Shown here piece after piece: positions 26,447 to 36,036 of a DNA stretch of 64,000 bases (the stretch's first letter is position 1; each line of letters begins with the position of its first letter). The notes beneath the pieces were generated by a model that was not told the DNA's origin, did not search any database, and saw only the letters and a list, made by a program, of their open reading frames with translations. A program made the translations under genes and the position numbers. Origin of the DNA: a virus; the IMG/VR virus record IMGVR_UViG_3300045988_087374. The stretch is one strand, 5' to 3'.

Positions 26447-27049
26447 GTGGATTATAGAAAAGACATTGATGTGGACTACAGAAAAGTTTTTGCAATGAAG
26501 CAAGAGCGAGAAAACAGAATACAAAAGATATGTCCAAACATTCCGAATTCTAGTGGCATATATGCTTTTTACAGGGTGGATGAAGCTGGAATTAGGCGCA
26601 GTTACGTGGGACAGGCGCTTAGACTTCGTGAGAGATGCGCGAGCCATTTAGCAGAATATGACCACATAGCATTAAGCCTTAAAAAGCATAAGTTTTACAG
26701 TGAAAGCAATCCTACTGGTTGGAAACTTGCATACAGAACTTGCCCCAAAAGTGAGCTTGACCAAAAAGAAATTGAAACGATCAAGGCTTTTGCAGATAAA
26801 GGTTTCCAGATGTACAACATTACAGCCGGTGGACAGTCAACTGGTAAGCAAGTAACAGGACAGTACAAACCGCCTAAGACATATAGACAAGGTATACAGC
26901 AAGGCAAAATAACCCTTGCAAGAGAATTAAAGCATATTATTGATATTCACTTAGAAGTATCAATCAGACCAGAGAAAACAAACAATAAGGTGTCCATAAA
27001 GGCACTCGAAAAATTCAACAATCTTCTTGATGAAGACTCTTACAAATGA
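26447..27049 (+). CDS. GIY-YIG nuclease-domain protein
   Basis: SGIYAFYRV...RSYVGQALRLRERCASH...YNITAGG. Confidence 0.7.
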   Translation: MDYRKDIDVDYRKVFAMKQERENRIQKICPNIPNSSGIYAFYRVDEAGIRRSYVGQALRLRERCASHLAEYDHIALSLKKHKFYSESNPTGWKLAYRTCPKSELDQKEIETIKAFADKGFQMYNITAGGQSTGKQVTGQYKPPKTYRQGIQQGKITLARELKHIIDIHLEVSIRPEKTNNKVSIKALEKFNNLLDEDSYK

Positions 27050-27199
27050 TAAAGCTGCCGGTTCCGGCAGAGATAAAACTCCATACAAAAGATAATTACA
27101 ACTGAATAATGCACACCCTCTGGGACTGTAACAGTGCGACTCGCTTCCTGGCATAGCACGCTATCCATTCTCGGAGGGTAAAAGAAACGAGGTAATCAT

Positions 27200-27466
27200 A
27201 TGGTAAGTAAGTATAACACCGAAAGAAAGTATCGCGAGGGGCAGGAGAACCGCAAAGAAATCTTTAAGTTTATTGAAGATTACATCGAACTTCACGGATA
27301 TTTCCAATCAAACCGCGAAATTGAAGAAACCACCGGATTGTCCAAAGCGACCGTACAAAGGCATATGAAGAAGTTCGAACTTGACGGAATTATTGCAACT
27401 GAACACCCAAACACACCACGGGCATATCGGCTCGTAGGATATGAATACAGGAGAGTAAGAGGATGA
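27200..27466 (+). CDS. winged-helix DNA-binding protein
   Basis: FQSNREIEETTGLSKATVQRHMKKFELDGII. Confidence 0.7.
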   Translation: MVSKYNTERKYREGQENRKEIFKFIEDYIELHGYFQSNREIEETTGLSKATVQRHMKKFELDGIIATEHPNTPRAYRLVGYEYRRVRG

Positions 27467-27714
27467 AATTGTATAGTGTTTTCGACAATGACCAGTGGGT
27501 TGCGGATATGACAGCAGATGATATTGCTGAGATGATCGGATACACCAGAGAGCAGGTTATCCGTGCAGTTGCAAATGCATCGGTGATTAATGATAGATAT
27601 ACGTTTGTGTACGATGGCGACACCATTGTAACAGGAAATACGCCGAATGACCGTAGACTCTTAAAGGAATTCATTCTGGCTACATTTCAGATAAAAGGAT
27701 TGGTGGGAGCATGA
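27463..27714 (+). CDS. hypothetical protein
   Basis: 83-aa ORF, start overlaps the previous stop. Confidence 0.6.
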   Translation: MKLYSVFDNDQWVADMTADDIAEMIGYTREQVIRAVANASVINDRYTFVYDGDTIVTGNTPNDRRLLKEFILATFQIKGLVGA

Positions 27715-28154
27715 ACAGAGCAGAGAGAAGGAGACAGCAGAAAGCAGCTGAGAAAACACGCTTAAATGCACCGTACAATTTCAGCAATTTCAGTCTGGAA
27801 CAAATATCAAAGGCAACAGGGGCAAGGGTTGAGTCTTTGAAATTGTATCTGATGCAACGTGAAGATGAAATGCGAGAAGCGTTAATTAAAGAATCACAGG
27901 AAAAGCTGTGGAAAGCAGAGGACTATATTGCAGTTGCAAATGTTCTTATCAGTTTGTTTGCAATTAAGAAAACGTGGAAGTTCACAAAAGCAAACCAGAG
28001 ATTTCTGGAGAATCTGAATTCCGCGATGGAATACGTTGAAAAAATTGGAGTCGAAAAAGCATATCAGGAAGCAAAAGAAACAATGGAGATTGAACTTGAG
28101 TTTGATTCCATGGACATAAATAAAGAATTCGGTTTCGGAGAAAGAGAGGATTAA
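27711..28154 (+). CDS. hypothetical protein
   Basis: 147-aa ORF, overlapping start. Confidence 0.65.
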   Translation: MNRAERRRQQKAAEKTRLNAPYNFSNFSLEQISKATGARVESLKLYLMQREDEMREALIKESQEKLWKAEDYIAVANVLISLFAIKKTWKFTKANQRFLENLNSAMEYVEKIGVEKAYQEAKETMEIELEFDSMDINKEFGFGERED

Positions 28155-28156
28155 TC

Positions 28157-28498
28157 ATGGCAGAGAATTGCAATGAATGCAGTATCGCGTGGATTCGCGG
28201 TGGTGAGTATGCAGAGGTGTCGGCGTACAGTGGGAGCAAATTAAAAGGGAGAGTCCTTAAATTATCAGAACAGTTCCCGGATGATGTGAAGATTCTGGCT
28301 ACGAACAAAGACGGTTCAATTTTTGCTCATATTCCGGCTAAGTATGTGAAATTACGTGCACCGAAAATTTTGACGGAAGAGCAGAGAGCGGAACTGATCG
28401 AGCGAGGCAAGAGTATGTCGAGAAGCAAAGCAATTGATTGTGAAGAAACGTCAGATTTCGATTCTGACGATGATAACGAGGAAATGTTCACGTTTTAA
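28157..28498 (+). CDS. hypothetical protein
   Basis: 113-aa ORF. Confidence 0.65.
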   Translation: MAENCNECSIAWIRGGEYAEVSAYSGSKLKGRVLKLSEQFPDDVKILATNKDGSIFAHIPAKYVKLRAPKILTEEQRAELIERGKSMSRSKAIDCEETSDFDSDDDNEEMFTF

Positions 28499-28515
28499 AG
28501 AAAGGCGGTTTTAAG

Positions 28516-28743
28516 ATGAGTAAAGTAAAATCTTATGGATTAAAAGCATATGTATCTAAGGCGTTCGGATTGGATGTCGGAAGCCGAATTAAACGTACTA
28601 AATGTGGCGAGGAAGAAAAAGAGCATATCTACGAGGTAAAACAGCTTTTTCCACATTGCGTTTTGCTGGAAGATATTTACGATCACACAAGAATTTGCCC
28701 TTGTTACAGTAAATTAAGTTTGATGTTAAGAGGGATTGAATAA
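28516..28743 (+). CDS. hypothetical protein
   Basis: 75-aa ORF. Confidence 0.55.
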   Translation: MSKVKSYGLKAYVSKAFGLDVGSRIKRTKCGEEEKEHIYEVKQLFPHCVLLEDIYDHTRICPCYSKLSLMLRGIE

Positions 28744-28942
28744 AAAACTGGTTAAAAAGATGGGAGTATAGATGATTAAAAGAAAGGAATAACGAATCCT
28801 CGGTAAACTGAGGTTGTATCAAGATTAGAATGGTGAATTGATACATAAAGTTTGGCGGAGTGGCTGTGCCTAAGTAAGCACTTAATAATGAATCCAAGCC
28901 GATTGCTAAACTATCCTCACACAGGATTTGTAGCGTGATGTT

Positions 28943-29653
28943 ATGAAAGTATGTTGGTTTTCGACAGGAATAAGCAGTTTTGTAGCGTGTTATCTGGCAA
29001 AGGATGTTGATGAGATTATTTATACTCATGTATCGAATCAGCATCCAGACAGTCTGAGGTTCTTGCATGATTGCGAGAAGTTGCTAGGAAGAAAGATAAC
29101 GATAATCCAGTCAGATAGGTTTGACTCAGTGGATAACGTGATGGAGTTCACGCACACAATGAATACTCCGTTTGGTTCTCCATGTACGAGATATTTGAAA
29201 AAAGAAGTAAGAAAAAAATGGGAATCTGAGCATCCGGATCACCACATATATGTATGGGGGTTTGATGTAAATGAAAAGAGTAGGGCAGAGAATACCTGTA
29301 AGGCTCTAAGCGATTACGACCATGAGTTTCCATTAATTGAACACAGATTAACTAAGCAAGAAGCACACGGAATAGCGGACAGGTTAGGATTAAAACGTCC
29401 AATTATGTACGATTTAGGATATTCGAACAACAATTGCATTGGATGTGTCAAAGGCGGCATGGGCTACTGGAATAAAATTAGGAAGGACTTCCCCGAAGTA
29501 TTTCAAAAGCGTGCGGAGCAAGAGCGTAGATTTGGAAGAAGTTGCATAAACGGAGTATTCCTTGATGAATTAGAACCAGACAGAGGAGATATTAACACAG
29601 AAATCATGGAGGACTGCACAATAGCGTGTCAGTTGCTTACATGGGGAAAGTGA
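28943..29653 (+). CDS. PAPS-reductase-like adenine-nucleotide alpha-hydrolase family protein
   Basis: N-terminal KVCWFSTGISSFVACYLA resembles the PP-loop. The family is common in phages next to DUF4417/ParB-type genes. Confidence 0.7.
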   Translation: MKVCWFSTGISSFVACYLAKDVDEIIYTHVSNQHPDSLRFLHDCEKLLGRKITIIQSDRFDSVDNVMEFTHTMNTPFGSPCTRYLKKEVRKKWESEHPDHHIYVWGFDVNEKSRAENTCKALSDYDHEFPLIEHRLTKQEAHGIADRLGLKRPIMYDLGYSNNNCIGCVKGGMGYWNKIRKDFPEVFQKRAEQERRFGRSCINGVFLDELEPDRGDINTEIMEDCTIACQLLTWGK

Positions 29654-29662
29654 GGATCGGAA

Positions 29663-29887
29663 ATGAAAAATAATAATTACACTTCATTTTTCAAAATGAA
29701 ACCAAAGAAAGTAGAGAGATACATTCGTTGCAGAAAATGTGGTGCCGCTATGGATGATAGAGATTTCCCTTTTGAAATTAAGTGTCACAAATGCGGATAT
29801 TCGTATCAGTCAAAGCCGTGGGAGCCACAGCCTATGACGGCAGAAGAAATTACTGAATTATATTGTAAATTGCGCTATGGAAAGTGA
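29663..29887 (+). CDS. zinc-ribbon protein
   Basis: CRKCGA...CHKCGY. Confidence 0.6.
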   Translation: MKNNNYTSFFKMKPKKVERYIRCRKCGAAMDDRDFPFEIKCHKCGYSYQSKPWEPQPMTAEEITELYCKLRYGK

Positions 29888-29896
29888 GGACACAAA

Positions 29897-30184
29897 ATGT
29901 TAATTAGAAGTCAAGATAAAACAGCACTGGTAAAATTTGAAAACATTGTAGTTAATCTAAAACTCCCAGATTCATTGAGGGTTATATGTTGGGGTTGGCA
30001 GGATGCACAGAGAAGTGGAGGATATCTTATTTTAGGACAATATTCCACCAAAGCAAAAGCCATGAAAGTACTGAATATGATTCAAGAAGCCTATGAAAGA
30101 TACGAATACGAAAAGGCATTCAAAACTGGGCCGGCATTGTTCGAGACATTTCAGATGCCAGAGGATAGTGAGGTGGAAATATGA
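29897..30184 (+). CDS. hypothetical protein
   Basis: 95-aa ORF. Confidence 0.6.
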   Translation: MLIRSQDKTALVKFENIVVNLKLPDSLRVICWGWQDAQRSGGYLILGQYSTKAKAMKVLNMIQEAYERYEYEKAFKTGPALFETFQMPEDSEVEI

Positions 30185-30747
30185 AAAGATCTGAAACAAC
30201 AAAATTTCTTAGCAGATTGTTGGAAAAAAGCCGTTTTTCTGGTCCAGGTAAATACTGGGCTAGAGAAGTAAGCCTTGATTATGGCTACGCAGCAGGAAAG
30301 GCAAGAAGAGTAGATTACATGCAATTTATTCCGGAAAATCAGTGCTCTATCTCAGCAATCGAAAAAGGAATATTTGCATGCTATGAAATCAAAAGTTGCA
30401 AAGAGGATATTTACAGCGGAAATGGATTAAATTTTATTGGCGAAAAAAACTACCTTGTGACAACAATGGAGTGCTACAAAAAGATTTTACCTGATTTAAA
30501 AAATGGAAAATTTGCCCAACATATACGTGAGAATTTTCCGGAATGTTACGCGGAAATAGGTAACATGGGAGTAATGGTTGCAGTTCCGTATCAGAGAGAT
30601 GTTGCAGAAGAATTTGAAAGCCCAACACCACTAGGTGAAGATGTGGAGAAATGGAGATTATCAGTTATTTTGAAGTGTGGACACAATGGTTCAAGAAAAA
30701 GATCCATGACAGAACTGTTGTTTTGCATGGTAAGAAGCGGGCAGTGA
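30181..30747 (+). CDS. PD-(D/E)XK-like (MmcB-type) nuclease-fold protein
   Basis: RVDYMQF...ACYEIKSCKED fits a D...ExK core. Confidence 0.6.
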   Translation: MKRSETTKFLSRLLEKSRFSGPGKYWAREVSLDYGYAAGKARRVDYMQFIPENQCSISAIEKGIFACYEIKSCKEDIYSGNGLNFIGEKNYLVTTMECYKKILPDLKNGKFAQHIRENFPECYAEIGNMGVMVAVPYQRDVAEEFESPTPLGEDVEKWRLSVILKCGHNGSRKRSMTELLFCMVRSGQ

Positions 30748-30763
30748 GAAAGGATGGAATAAT

Positions 30764-30964
30764 ATGATACATATCAAAGAAAGATTAATGCAGTACGCGG
30801 ATAAATATTCGGGCTGCTACAAATACGCCGGGGTGTATGTCAAAGTTATTCAAGATATGATTGAGCAGCTTCAGGGCGATCTGGAACAGGACGAGAAAGA
30901 AAATGGTTGGATTCCGGTGAGCAAGAGATTGCCGGAAGAATATGTTAAGGAGGACAGATCATGA
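30764..30964 (+). CDS. hypothetical protein
   Basis: 66-aa ORF. Confidence 0.5.
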   Translation: MIHIKERLMQYADKYSGCYKYAGVYVKVIQDMIEQLQGDLEQDEKENGWIPVSKRLPEEYVKEDRS

Positions 30965-31062
30965 TTACATTCTTATTAGGACTTACACTTGGAATCATAA
31001 TCGGCGTGACTGGCATTGTATGCGTAGCGATCATGTACGATAAGCACCACCCAGACAATTAG
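30961..31062 (+). CDS. 33-aa single-TM peptide
   Basis: MITFLLGLTLGIIIGVTGIVCVAIMYDKHHPDN. ATGA overlap with the previous gene. Confidence 0.4.
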   Translation: MITFLLGLTLGIIIGVTGIVCVAIMYDKHHPDN

Positions 31063-31072
31063 AAAGGAAGCT

Positions 31073-31981
31073 ATGAGAATACAACTTATAGATGTTGATG
31101 GACATAATTTTCCGAATTTGCCATTGATGAAAATATCGGCATGGCATAAGGGAAAAGGTGACTCCGTAGAATGGTACGACCCATTAACAGCATGGATAAA
31201 TCCACCAGATAAGGTATATATGAGCAAGGTATTTACATTTACGCCGGATTATCCGCATCCTGTATGTGCAACGGAAATCATAAAAGGCGGCACGGGATAT
31301 GAATATCCGTCTGGTGGGGAACCATTACCAAATGAAATTGAACATATTTATCCCGATTATAGTCTTTATTCAGAATTATGCAAAGATACCGCTTATGGTT
31401 TTCTTACAAGAGGATGCCCTAGAGGGTGCGATTTCTGTATTGTAAAAGACAAAGAAGGAAAGAAAAGCTGTAAAGTAGCAGATTTATCAGAATTTTGGAA
31501 TGGTCAAAAGAATATAATCTTGCTTGATCCCAACATGTTTGCTTGTACAGAATGGAGAAATTTATCTGAACAATTAATAGACAGTAGAGCATATATAGAT
31601 TTCTCACAAGGCTGTGACATTCGGATTATGACCGATGAAAAGGCAAATTACATTAAGCAAATGAAAATAAAACAGATTCATTTTGCATGGGACAGATATG
31701 AAGACAAAGGCATAATTATCCCGAAATTTCAAATGTTTAAGAAAATAACTGGGTGGGATCGCAGAAAAATGTCTGTATATGTGCTGACAAATTTTAATAC
31801 CACATTTGAACAGGATTTGGAAAGAGTATACACACTTCGGGATTTAGGGTATTGGCCTTACGTAATGATTTTCGATAAGCAAAACACAAAACCTACCGAT
31901 TCTGTTAGAAGATTGCAACGATGGGTAAATATGAGAGCTACGTTTGAAAGTGTAAGAAAGTTTGAAGATTATACAGGATAG
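31073..31981 (+). CDS. radical SAM domain protein
   Basis: CPRGCDFC is a CxxxCxxC cluster motif. 302 aa. Confidence 0.75.
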   Translation: MRIQLIDVDGHNFPNLPLMKISAWHKGKGDSVEWYDPLTAWINPPDKVYMSKVFTFTPDYPHPVCATEIIKGGTGYEYPSGGEPLPNEIEHIYPDYSLYSELCKDTAYGFLTRGCPRGCDFCIVKDKEGKKSCKVADLSEFWNGQKNIILLDPNMFACTEWRNLSEQLIDSRAYIDFSQGCDIRIMTDEKANYIKQMKIKQIHFAWDRYEDKGIIIPKFQMFKKITGWDRRKMSVYVLTNFNTTFEQDLERVYTLRDLGYWPYVMIFDKQNTKPTDSVRRLQRWVNMRATFESVRKFEDYTG

Positions 31982-31995
31982 AAAGGAGTAACGGT

Positions 31996-32310
31996 ATGCT
32001 GACAAGGAACAAGAAACTGAAAGATTACGGCATTCCGGCAGAAGACATTGAAAAACTGAATACGATGCTGAAAGACTTCCCGGCAGAGTACGGATACCTG
32101 CTTACCAGTGCTGCCTTGTCAGCTTGCCCGAAAAACACGGTGATAGCGGATATGGTTATTGAAAATATCTTGCATCGGAAAAGTTATAGGAAAATCAGTA
32201 AAGAAAGATATATCCCAATGAACCCAAAAGACTTCTACGGATACAGGCGCAAAACCGTCGCTGTACTGTATGAGAGGATGCGGTTGTTGGGAGTGTGGGA
32301 GGATGAATAA
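31996..32310 (+). CDS. hypothetical protein
   Basis: 104-aa ORF. Confidence 0.6.
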   Translation: MLTRNKKLKDYGIPAEDIEKLNTMLKDFPAEYGYLLTSAALSACPKNTVIADMVIENILHRKSYRKISKERYIPMNPKDFYGYRRKTVAVLYERMRLLGVWEDE

Positions 32311-32550
32311 ATGAAATTAATTGATTTGATAGCAGCAATTGGCGGCGATCCCGAAAGCGACAATAAAATTCAGATATGCCATCCGGGTAGAAGCTGGGAA
32401 GATTACGATACATTCAATACCGGTTCAAAGCTGTTGAAACCATTTTATAACTTGAAAGTAAGCTGCCTTTCAGCGATAGAAACGGATGTGATTAGAGTTG
32501 ACTTGGATTTCAATGAGAAAAAGGGTGAAGTAGATGAGCAGACTGATTGA
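32311..32550 (+). CDS. hypothetical protein
   Basis: 79-aa ORF abutting the previous stop. Confidence 0.55.
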   Translation: MKLIDLIAAIGGDPESDNKIQICHPGRSWEDYDTFNTGSKLLKPFYNLKVSCLSAIETDVIRVDLDFNEKKGEVDEQTD

Positions 32551-32794
32551 TGCAGACGATTTAATTGAATATATTAAAATCTGGGAAATTGGAAATAGTA
32601 TTAGTTCTGACCAGAAGGAGTTTATTGATTGCGTCAACAGGCAGCTGACAGTTTTTGATGTGGATAAGGTTATCAATGAATTAAAAAGAGATAAATTCAT
32701 TGAATCGGAATGTATATTATCTGATGTACATCAAGGATATAATGCTGGACTGAACAGGGCAATCGAAATTATAAAAGGCGGTGGAGTTGAATGA
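32534..32794 (+). CDS. hypothetical protein
   Basis: 86-aa ORF. Confidence 0.55.
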   Translation: MSRLIDADDLIEYIKIWEIGNSISSDQKEFIDCVNRQLTVFDVDKVINELKRDKFIESECILSDVHQGYNAGLNRAIEIIKGGGVE

Positions 32795-32946
32795 GTAAAG
32801 GTAAAGACATTTCCACCATGTATACAAAGGAGGAAAACAAAAAGAACGGAAGACTCGGATACGGTCTAGCTACCAGAGAGAAAGATACTATCATTAGTCC
32901 GGCGCAGTACGGAGCATTCTTGCAGAAAAGAGGTAAGAAATCATGA
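32791..32946 (+). CDS. hypothetical 51-aa basic protein
   Basis: ATGA overlap. Below the track cut-off. Confidence 0.4.
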   Translation: MSKGKDISTMYTKEENKKNGRLGYGLATREKDTIISPAQYGAFLQKRGKKS

Positions 32947-33194
32947 ATAAATCAGTATTAGTTATGAATACACTGGAAAATTGCTTGGATGCGTCTTCTA
33001 GAACAATATAAGGAGAACGGATAAATGTTAAAAATAATACGATGCGAAGATAACGGACAATCCAGTTGTAAACGCTGCGAAGATAAAGGTATTTGGAATA
33101 GGAACTAGATGCGTTTCTTGTATAAGATAGAAGGACAAGATGGTCTTTATTGTGAAGAATGCATAAAAGAAATTATGAGAAAGGAAGAACGAGA

Positions 33195-34067
33195 ATGTTT
33201 GAATATACAGAAAATGACAGCAAAGAGATCGGAGAAGTGAACAGTGAGTTAGAGACAAAAAGAATTTCATTCAGCATTCACGGAGAGTTCATCACGCAGC
33301 TTGCGAGAGAGTGGTTTTATACCGGAGAAAAGAGCCATGAGAAAGTCATCGAGTTTCTGATGGATAGCATGACCGGAACAGACACATCGGAGGCACAGAT
33401 CAGAAGATATGCAGAGGACATTCTGCTCGGTCGCGCCGCCCTGAAGGGGAGCACGGCAGCAGGTACATATCATCTCGAAACATACGAACCGGGAGAAGAA
33501 GAGCAGATGCCGCAGAGCATGAACATCTGGAAAGAAGTCGAAAGACGGAAGAAAGCGGAGAAGGATCTGCGGAGAATGATTGAACGGTGGGACGTAGCAA
33601 TGAACTGCATATCGGAAAACACGCAGAGAGAAATCCGAAAGAAACTTGGAGAAGAGACTGCGGAGGATAGACAGCAGGATGCGCTCGACAGCTTCATGAA
33701 GAGAATGCTGGATAAAGAAGAACACACCACGGAAGATTATGGATGGTTAGAGCCGGACGGAACTTTTCATGGAGTGGAATGGGGAGAGCATCAGGAATGG
33801 GCGCAGAATTTCATGAACGAAAAGTTCCCGAAAGAAGCAATGGACGGACACATTGACTTGCAGATAAAATGCAATGTCGGTTTGATTGGAGCAGGAGACT
33901 GGCTCGTTGAAAGAGGATGGGTTCTCTTACACAATCCGAGTCAGGGAATTGCTTTTCCGACAAAGAATCCGGTAAAAGAGTACACAAAGGCACAGAAAGA
34001 GTTCCTTTACAGCTATTACATAGAAAGAGGTTGCCAAAAAGAAGCAAACGCAATATGGCAAGAATAA
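33195..34067 (+). CDS. hypothetical acidic protein
   Basis: Start moved to MFEYTEND (GAAAGGAAG SD). 290 aa. Confidence 0.7.
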   Translation: MFEYTENDSKEIGEVNSELETKRISFSIHGEFITQLAREWFYTGEKSHEKVIEFLMDSMTGTDTSEAQIRRYAEDILLGRAALKGSTAAGTYHLETYEPGEEEQMPQSMNIWKEVERRKKAEKDLRRMIERWDVAMNCISENTQREIRKKLGEETAEDRQQDALDSFMKRMLDKEEHTTEDYGWLEPDGTFHGVEWGEHQEWAQNFMNEKFPKEAMDGHIDLQIKCNVGLIGAGDWLVERGWVLLHNPSQGIAFPTKNPVKEYTKAQKEFLYSYYIERGCQKEANAIWQE

Positions 34068-34170
34068 AAGAGAGGGATATTGTTCCAATTAATAATGTAG
34101 AATCACAAAAAGATATTATTGCAGTTGGTTGGAATAAATGTATTGATAAGATTACAGGAGGAATGGATTA

Positions 34171-34365
34171 ATGGCATGTGCAAAGAAATGTGATAGATGT
34201 GGAAAACTGTATGAGCAGTACAATTCTAAAAACGATAAAAAAAATCCTAATGGGATCATGGTATTAAATCTGGATAGTCAGAGAAGATATTTCACGCATA
34301 ATGCTCTGGATTTATGTCCTGATTGCATGAAAGGATTTCAGGACTGGTTTAGAGAGGTGAAGTAG
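34171..34365 (+). CDS. zinc-ribbon protein
   Basis: CDRCGK...CPDC. Confidence 0.6.
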   Translation: MACAKKCDRCGKLYEQYNSKNDKKNPNGIMVLNLDSQRRYFTHNALDLCPDCMKGFQDWFREVK

Positions 34366-34704
34366 ATGAGTAAGAAAGTGAAGTGCTGTGAGTGTGCTTC
34401 TTTTTTAGGCTGGGCTTTGCCTGAGCGAGTAGATAAAGATAACTACGAATACGCCAAAAGTGTTTTCAAATTGGCTTCTACTACAGGAGTATGTGCATAC
34501 AGCATGAAAACCAAACAGATGGCACATGAGCAGTATTGCAAACGATTTGAAAAGAATAAATATTTAGAGCAGGAAAGTGAACCTTTTAAACAGGAAATTT
34601 TGAACCTTAAAAATGCGATTGCAGAGTATGAAAAAGAAAATTTTGTGGAAGTAGACGAATCTTGGAAAGCTCTATTTATGAAAAGATTTCAGGAGGTGAA
34701 GTAG
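34366..34704 (+). CDS. hypothetical protein
   Basis: 112-aa ORF. Confidence 0.6.
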   Translation: MSKKVKCCECASFLGWALPERVDKDNYEYAKSVFKLASTTGVCAYSMKTKQMAHEQYCKRFEKNKYLEQESEPFKQEILNLKNAIAEYEKENFVEVDESWKALFMKRFQEVK

Positions 34705-34859
34705 ATGGAGAGATTAACAGAAAGAGTGTATGATGGGCTCATAATAATAAAGCAGGATAGTGGTGACGAAGGAAATTATAAAGCGGCTGATAAACTTGCC
34801 CACTTATGAAGACTTAGAAGAACAGGGCTTATGGTGGTAAATGTACGCATGAAGTTAGA

Positions 34860-35138
34860 ATGGAAGCCATTAAGGCGTTAGAAAAGCAGATTCCGAAGAA
34901 AGTTTTATACGAAGATGTTGGGTTTGACTGTTATCATGATGTAAACTTGTACGCCTGCATATGCCCGTCGTGCGGATTGCATATCATTGATTTTTCAGAC
35001 GATGATGTTGATTCTAAATGTAACAGTGATAACCCAGAAGATATGTTTCATTCCAGTATGGTGTATCATGCGTATATCGGCATGAATAATTATTGTAACA
35101 GGTGCGGACAGAAATTAGATTGGAGAGAAGAGGAATAG
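34860..35138 (+). CDS. zinc-ribbon protein
   Basis: CPSCGL...CNRCGQ. Confidence 0.55.
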   Translation: MEAIKALEKQIPKKVLYEDVGFDCYHDVNLYACICPSCGLHIIDFSDDDVDSKCNSDNPEDMFHSSMVYHAYIGMNNYCNRCGQKLDWREEE

Positions 35139-35142
35139 ATAA

Positions 35143-36036
35143 ATGGCTCAGAAGCGAATGTTTACAATGAAAATCGTTGACAGTGATGCATTCCTGGAGA
35201 TGCCGTTGTCAACTCAGTGCTTATATTTTCATCTTAACATGAGAGCTGACGATGATGGATTCATTGGAAATACAAAAAGAATAATGAAAATCATAGGAGC
35301 AAGTGAAGATGACCTGCGATTATTGATTGCAAAAAGGTTCGTTCTTACGTTTGAAGACGGTGTAATAGTAATCAAACACTGGCGAATGCATAACACATTG
35401 TCAAGAGATCGGTATGCTGAAACATCATATACAGACGAAAAGAAAATGCTGCTTTTGAAGGATAACGGTAGTTACTCTTTGACGGGTGGGAATCCGATTG
35501 ATGATACTCGGCTGATAGAACGCTCTGGACGGCAGACGCAACAAAGACGCAACAAAGACGCAACAAAGACGCACTCAGATAAAGGTTTAGATATAGATAA
35601 AGATATAGATAAAGAGAAAGATAATAAATTAATAGTATCTAAAGATACTATTTGTCAGACTGATGTCCGACGTGTTATCGAGGAATGGAACAAATTACAA
35701 GAAGTTGGTATCAATCCGATACGCGATATTAAACCGTCGTCAAAAAGATGCCAGTTACTTAAAGGGCGAATCCGTGAATATGGAATTGATGAAGTCTTTA
35801 ATGCAATCAGCAACGTCCGCAAGAGTGATTTCCTTCGAGGGGAGAATAACCGCGGATGGATGATAACATTTGACTGGTTTGTTAAACCAAATAATTTCCT
35901 TAAGACGTTGGAAGGAAACTACAACAAGGAGGGACAGCATGGAACTTGCAGAACAGTTACAACACCTGTCAAACCACTTATCCCATTCGATCAGTGGAAC
36001 GGAAGTGACGAGTCAGACACCCCATTCGCAGACTGA
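35143..36036 (+). CDS. phage replisome organiser (DnaD-like N-terminal domain)
   Basis: MFTMKIVDSDAFLEMPLSTQCLYFHLNMRADDDGF is typical of the replisome-organiser N-domain. Internal iterons (see the repeat feature). Confidence 0.85.
   Translation: MAQKRMFTMKIVDSDAFLEMPLSTQCLYFHLNMRADDDGFIGNTKRIMKIIGASEDDLRLLIAKRFVLTFEDGVIVIKHWRMHNTLSRDRYAETSYTDEKKMLLLKDNGSYSLTGGNPIDDTRLIERSGRQTQQRRNKDATKTHSDKGLDIDKDIDKEKDNKLIVSKDTICQTDVRRVIEEWNKLQEVGINPIRDIKPSSKRCQLLKGRIREYGIDEVFNAISNVRKSDFLRGENNRGWMITFDWFVKPNNFLKTLEGNYNKEGQHGTCRTVTTPVKPLIPFDQWNGSDESDTPFAD
35535..35624. repeat. putative origin iterons inside the organiser gene
   Basis: GACGCAACAAA x3.5 (35535-35573), then AGATATAGATAA x2 plus a degenerate third copy (35589-35624), followed by an AT-rich stretch. 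Confidence 0.6.

Noticed and set aside
28744-28942. 200-nt gap with three hairpins upstream of the PAPS-reductase-like gene, and the 27050-27199 gap with an ACCCTC/GAGGGT long-range pairing
   Set aside because: The stems are short (4-7 bp) and I could not tie them to any known motif or repeat. They are noted only as ordinary intergenic structure.
33106-33108. Stop-codon reassignment (TAG recoding) as in some gut phages
   Set aside because: Long late genes (terminase, portal, capsid, 1218-aa fibre) are uninterrupted under the standard code. None of the four tRNAs I could fold has a CUA, UCA or UUA anticodon.
34704-34860. Short ORF MERLTERVYDG...AADKLAHL followed by an out-of-frame YEDLEEQGLWW
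   Set aside because: It looks like a small gene with a 1-nt indel at CACTTATGAAG. This is probably a decayed gene or a sequencing error, and it is too short to interpret.
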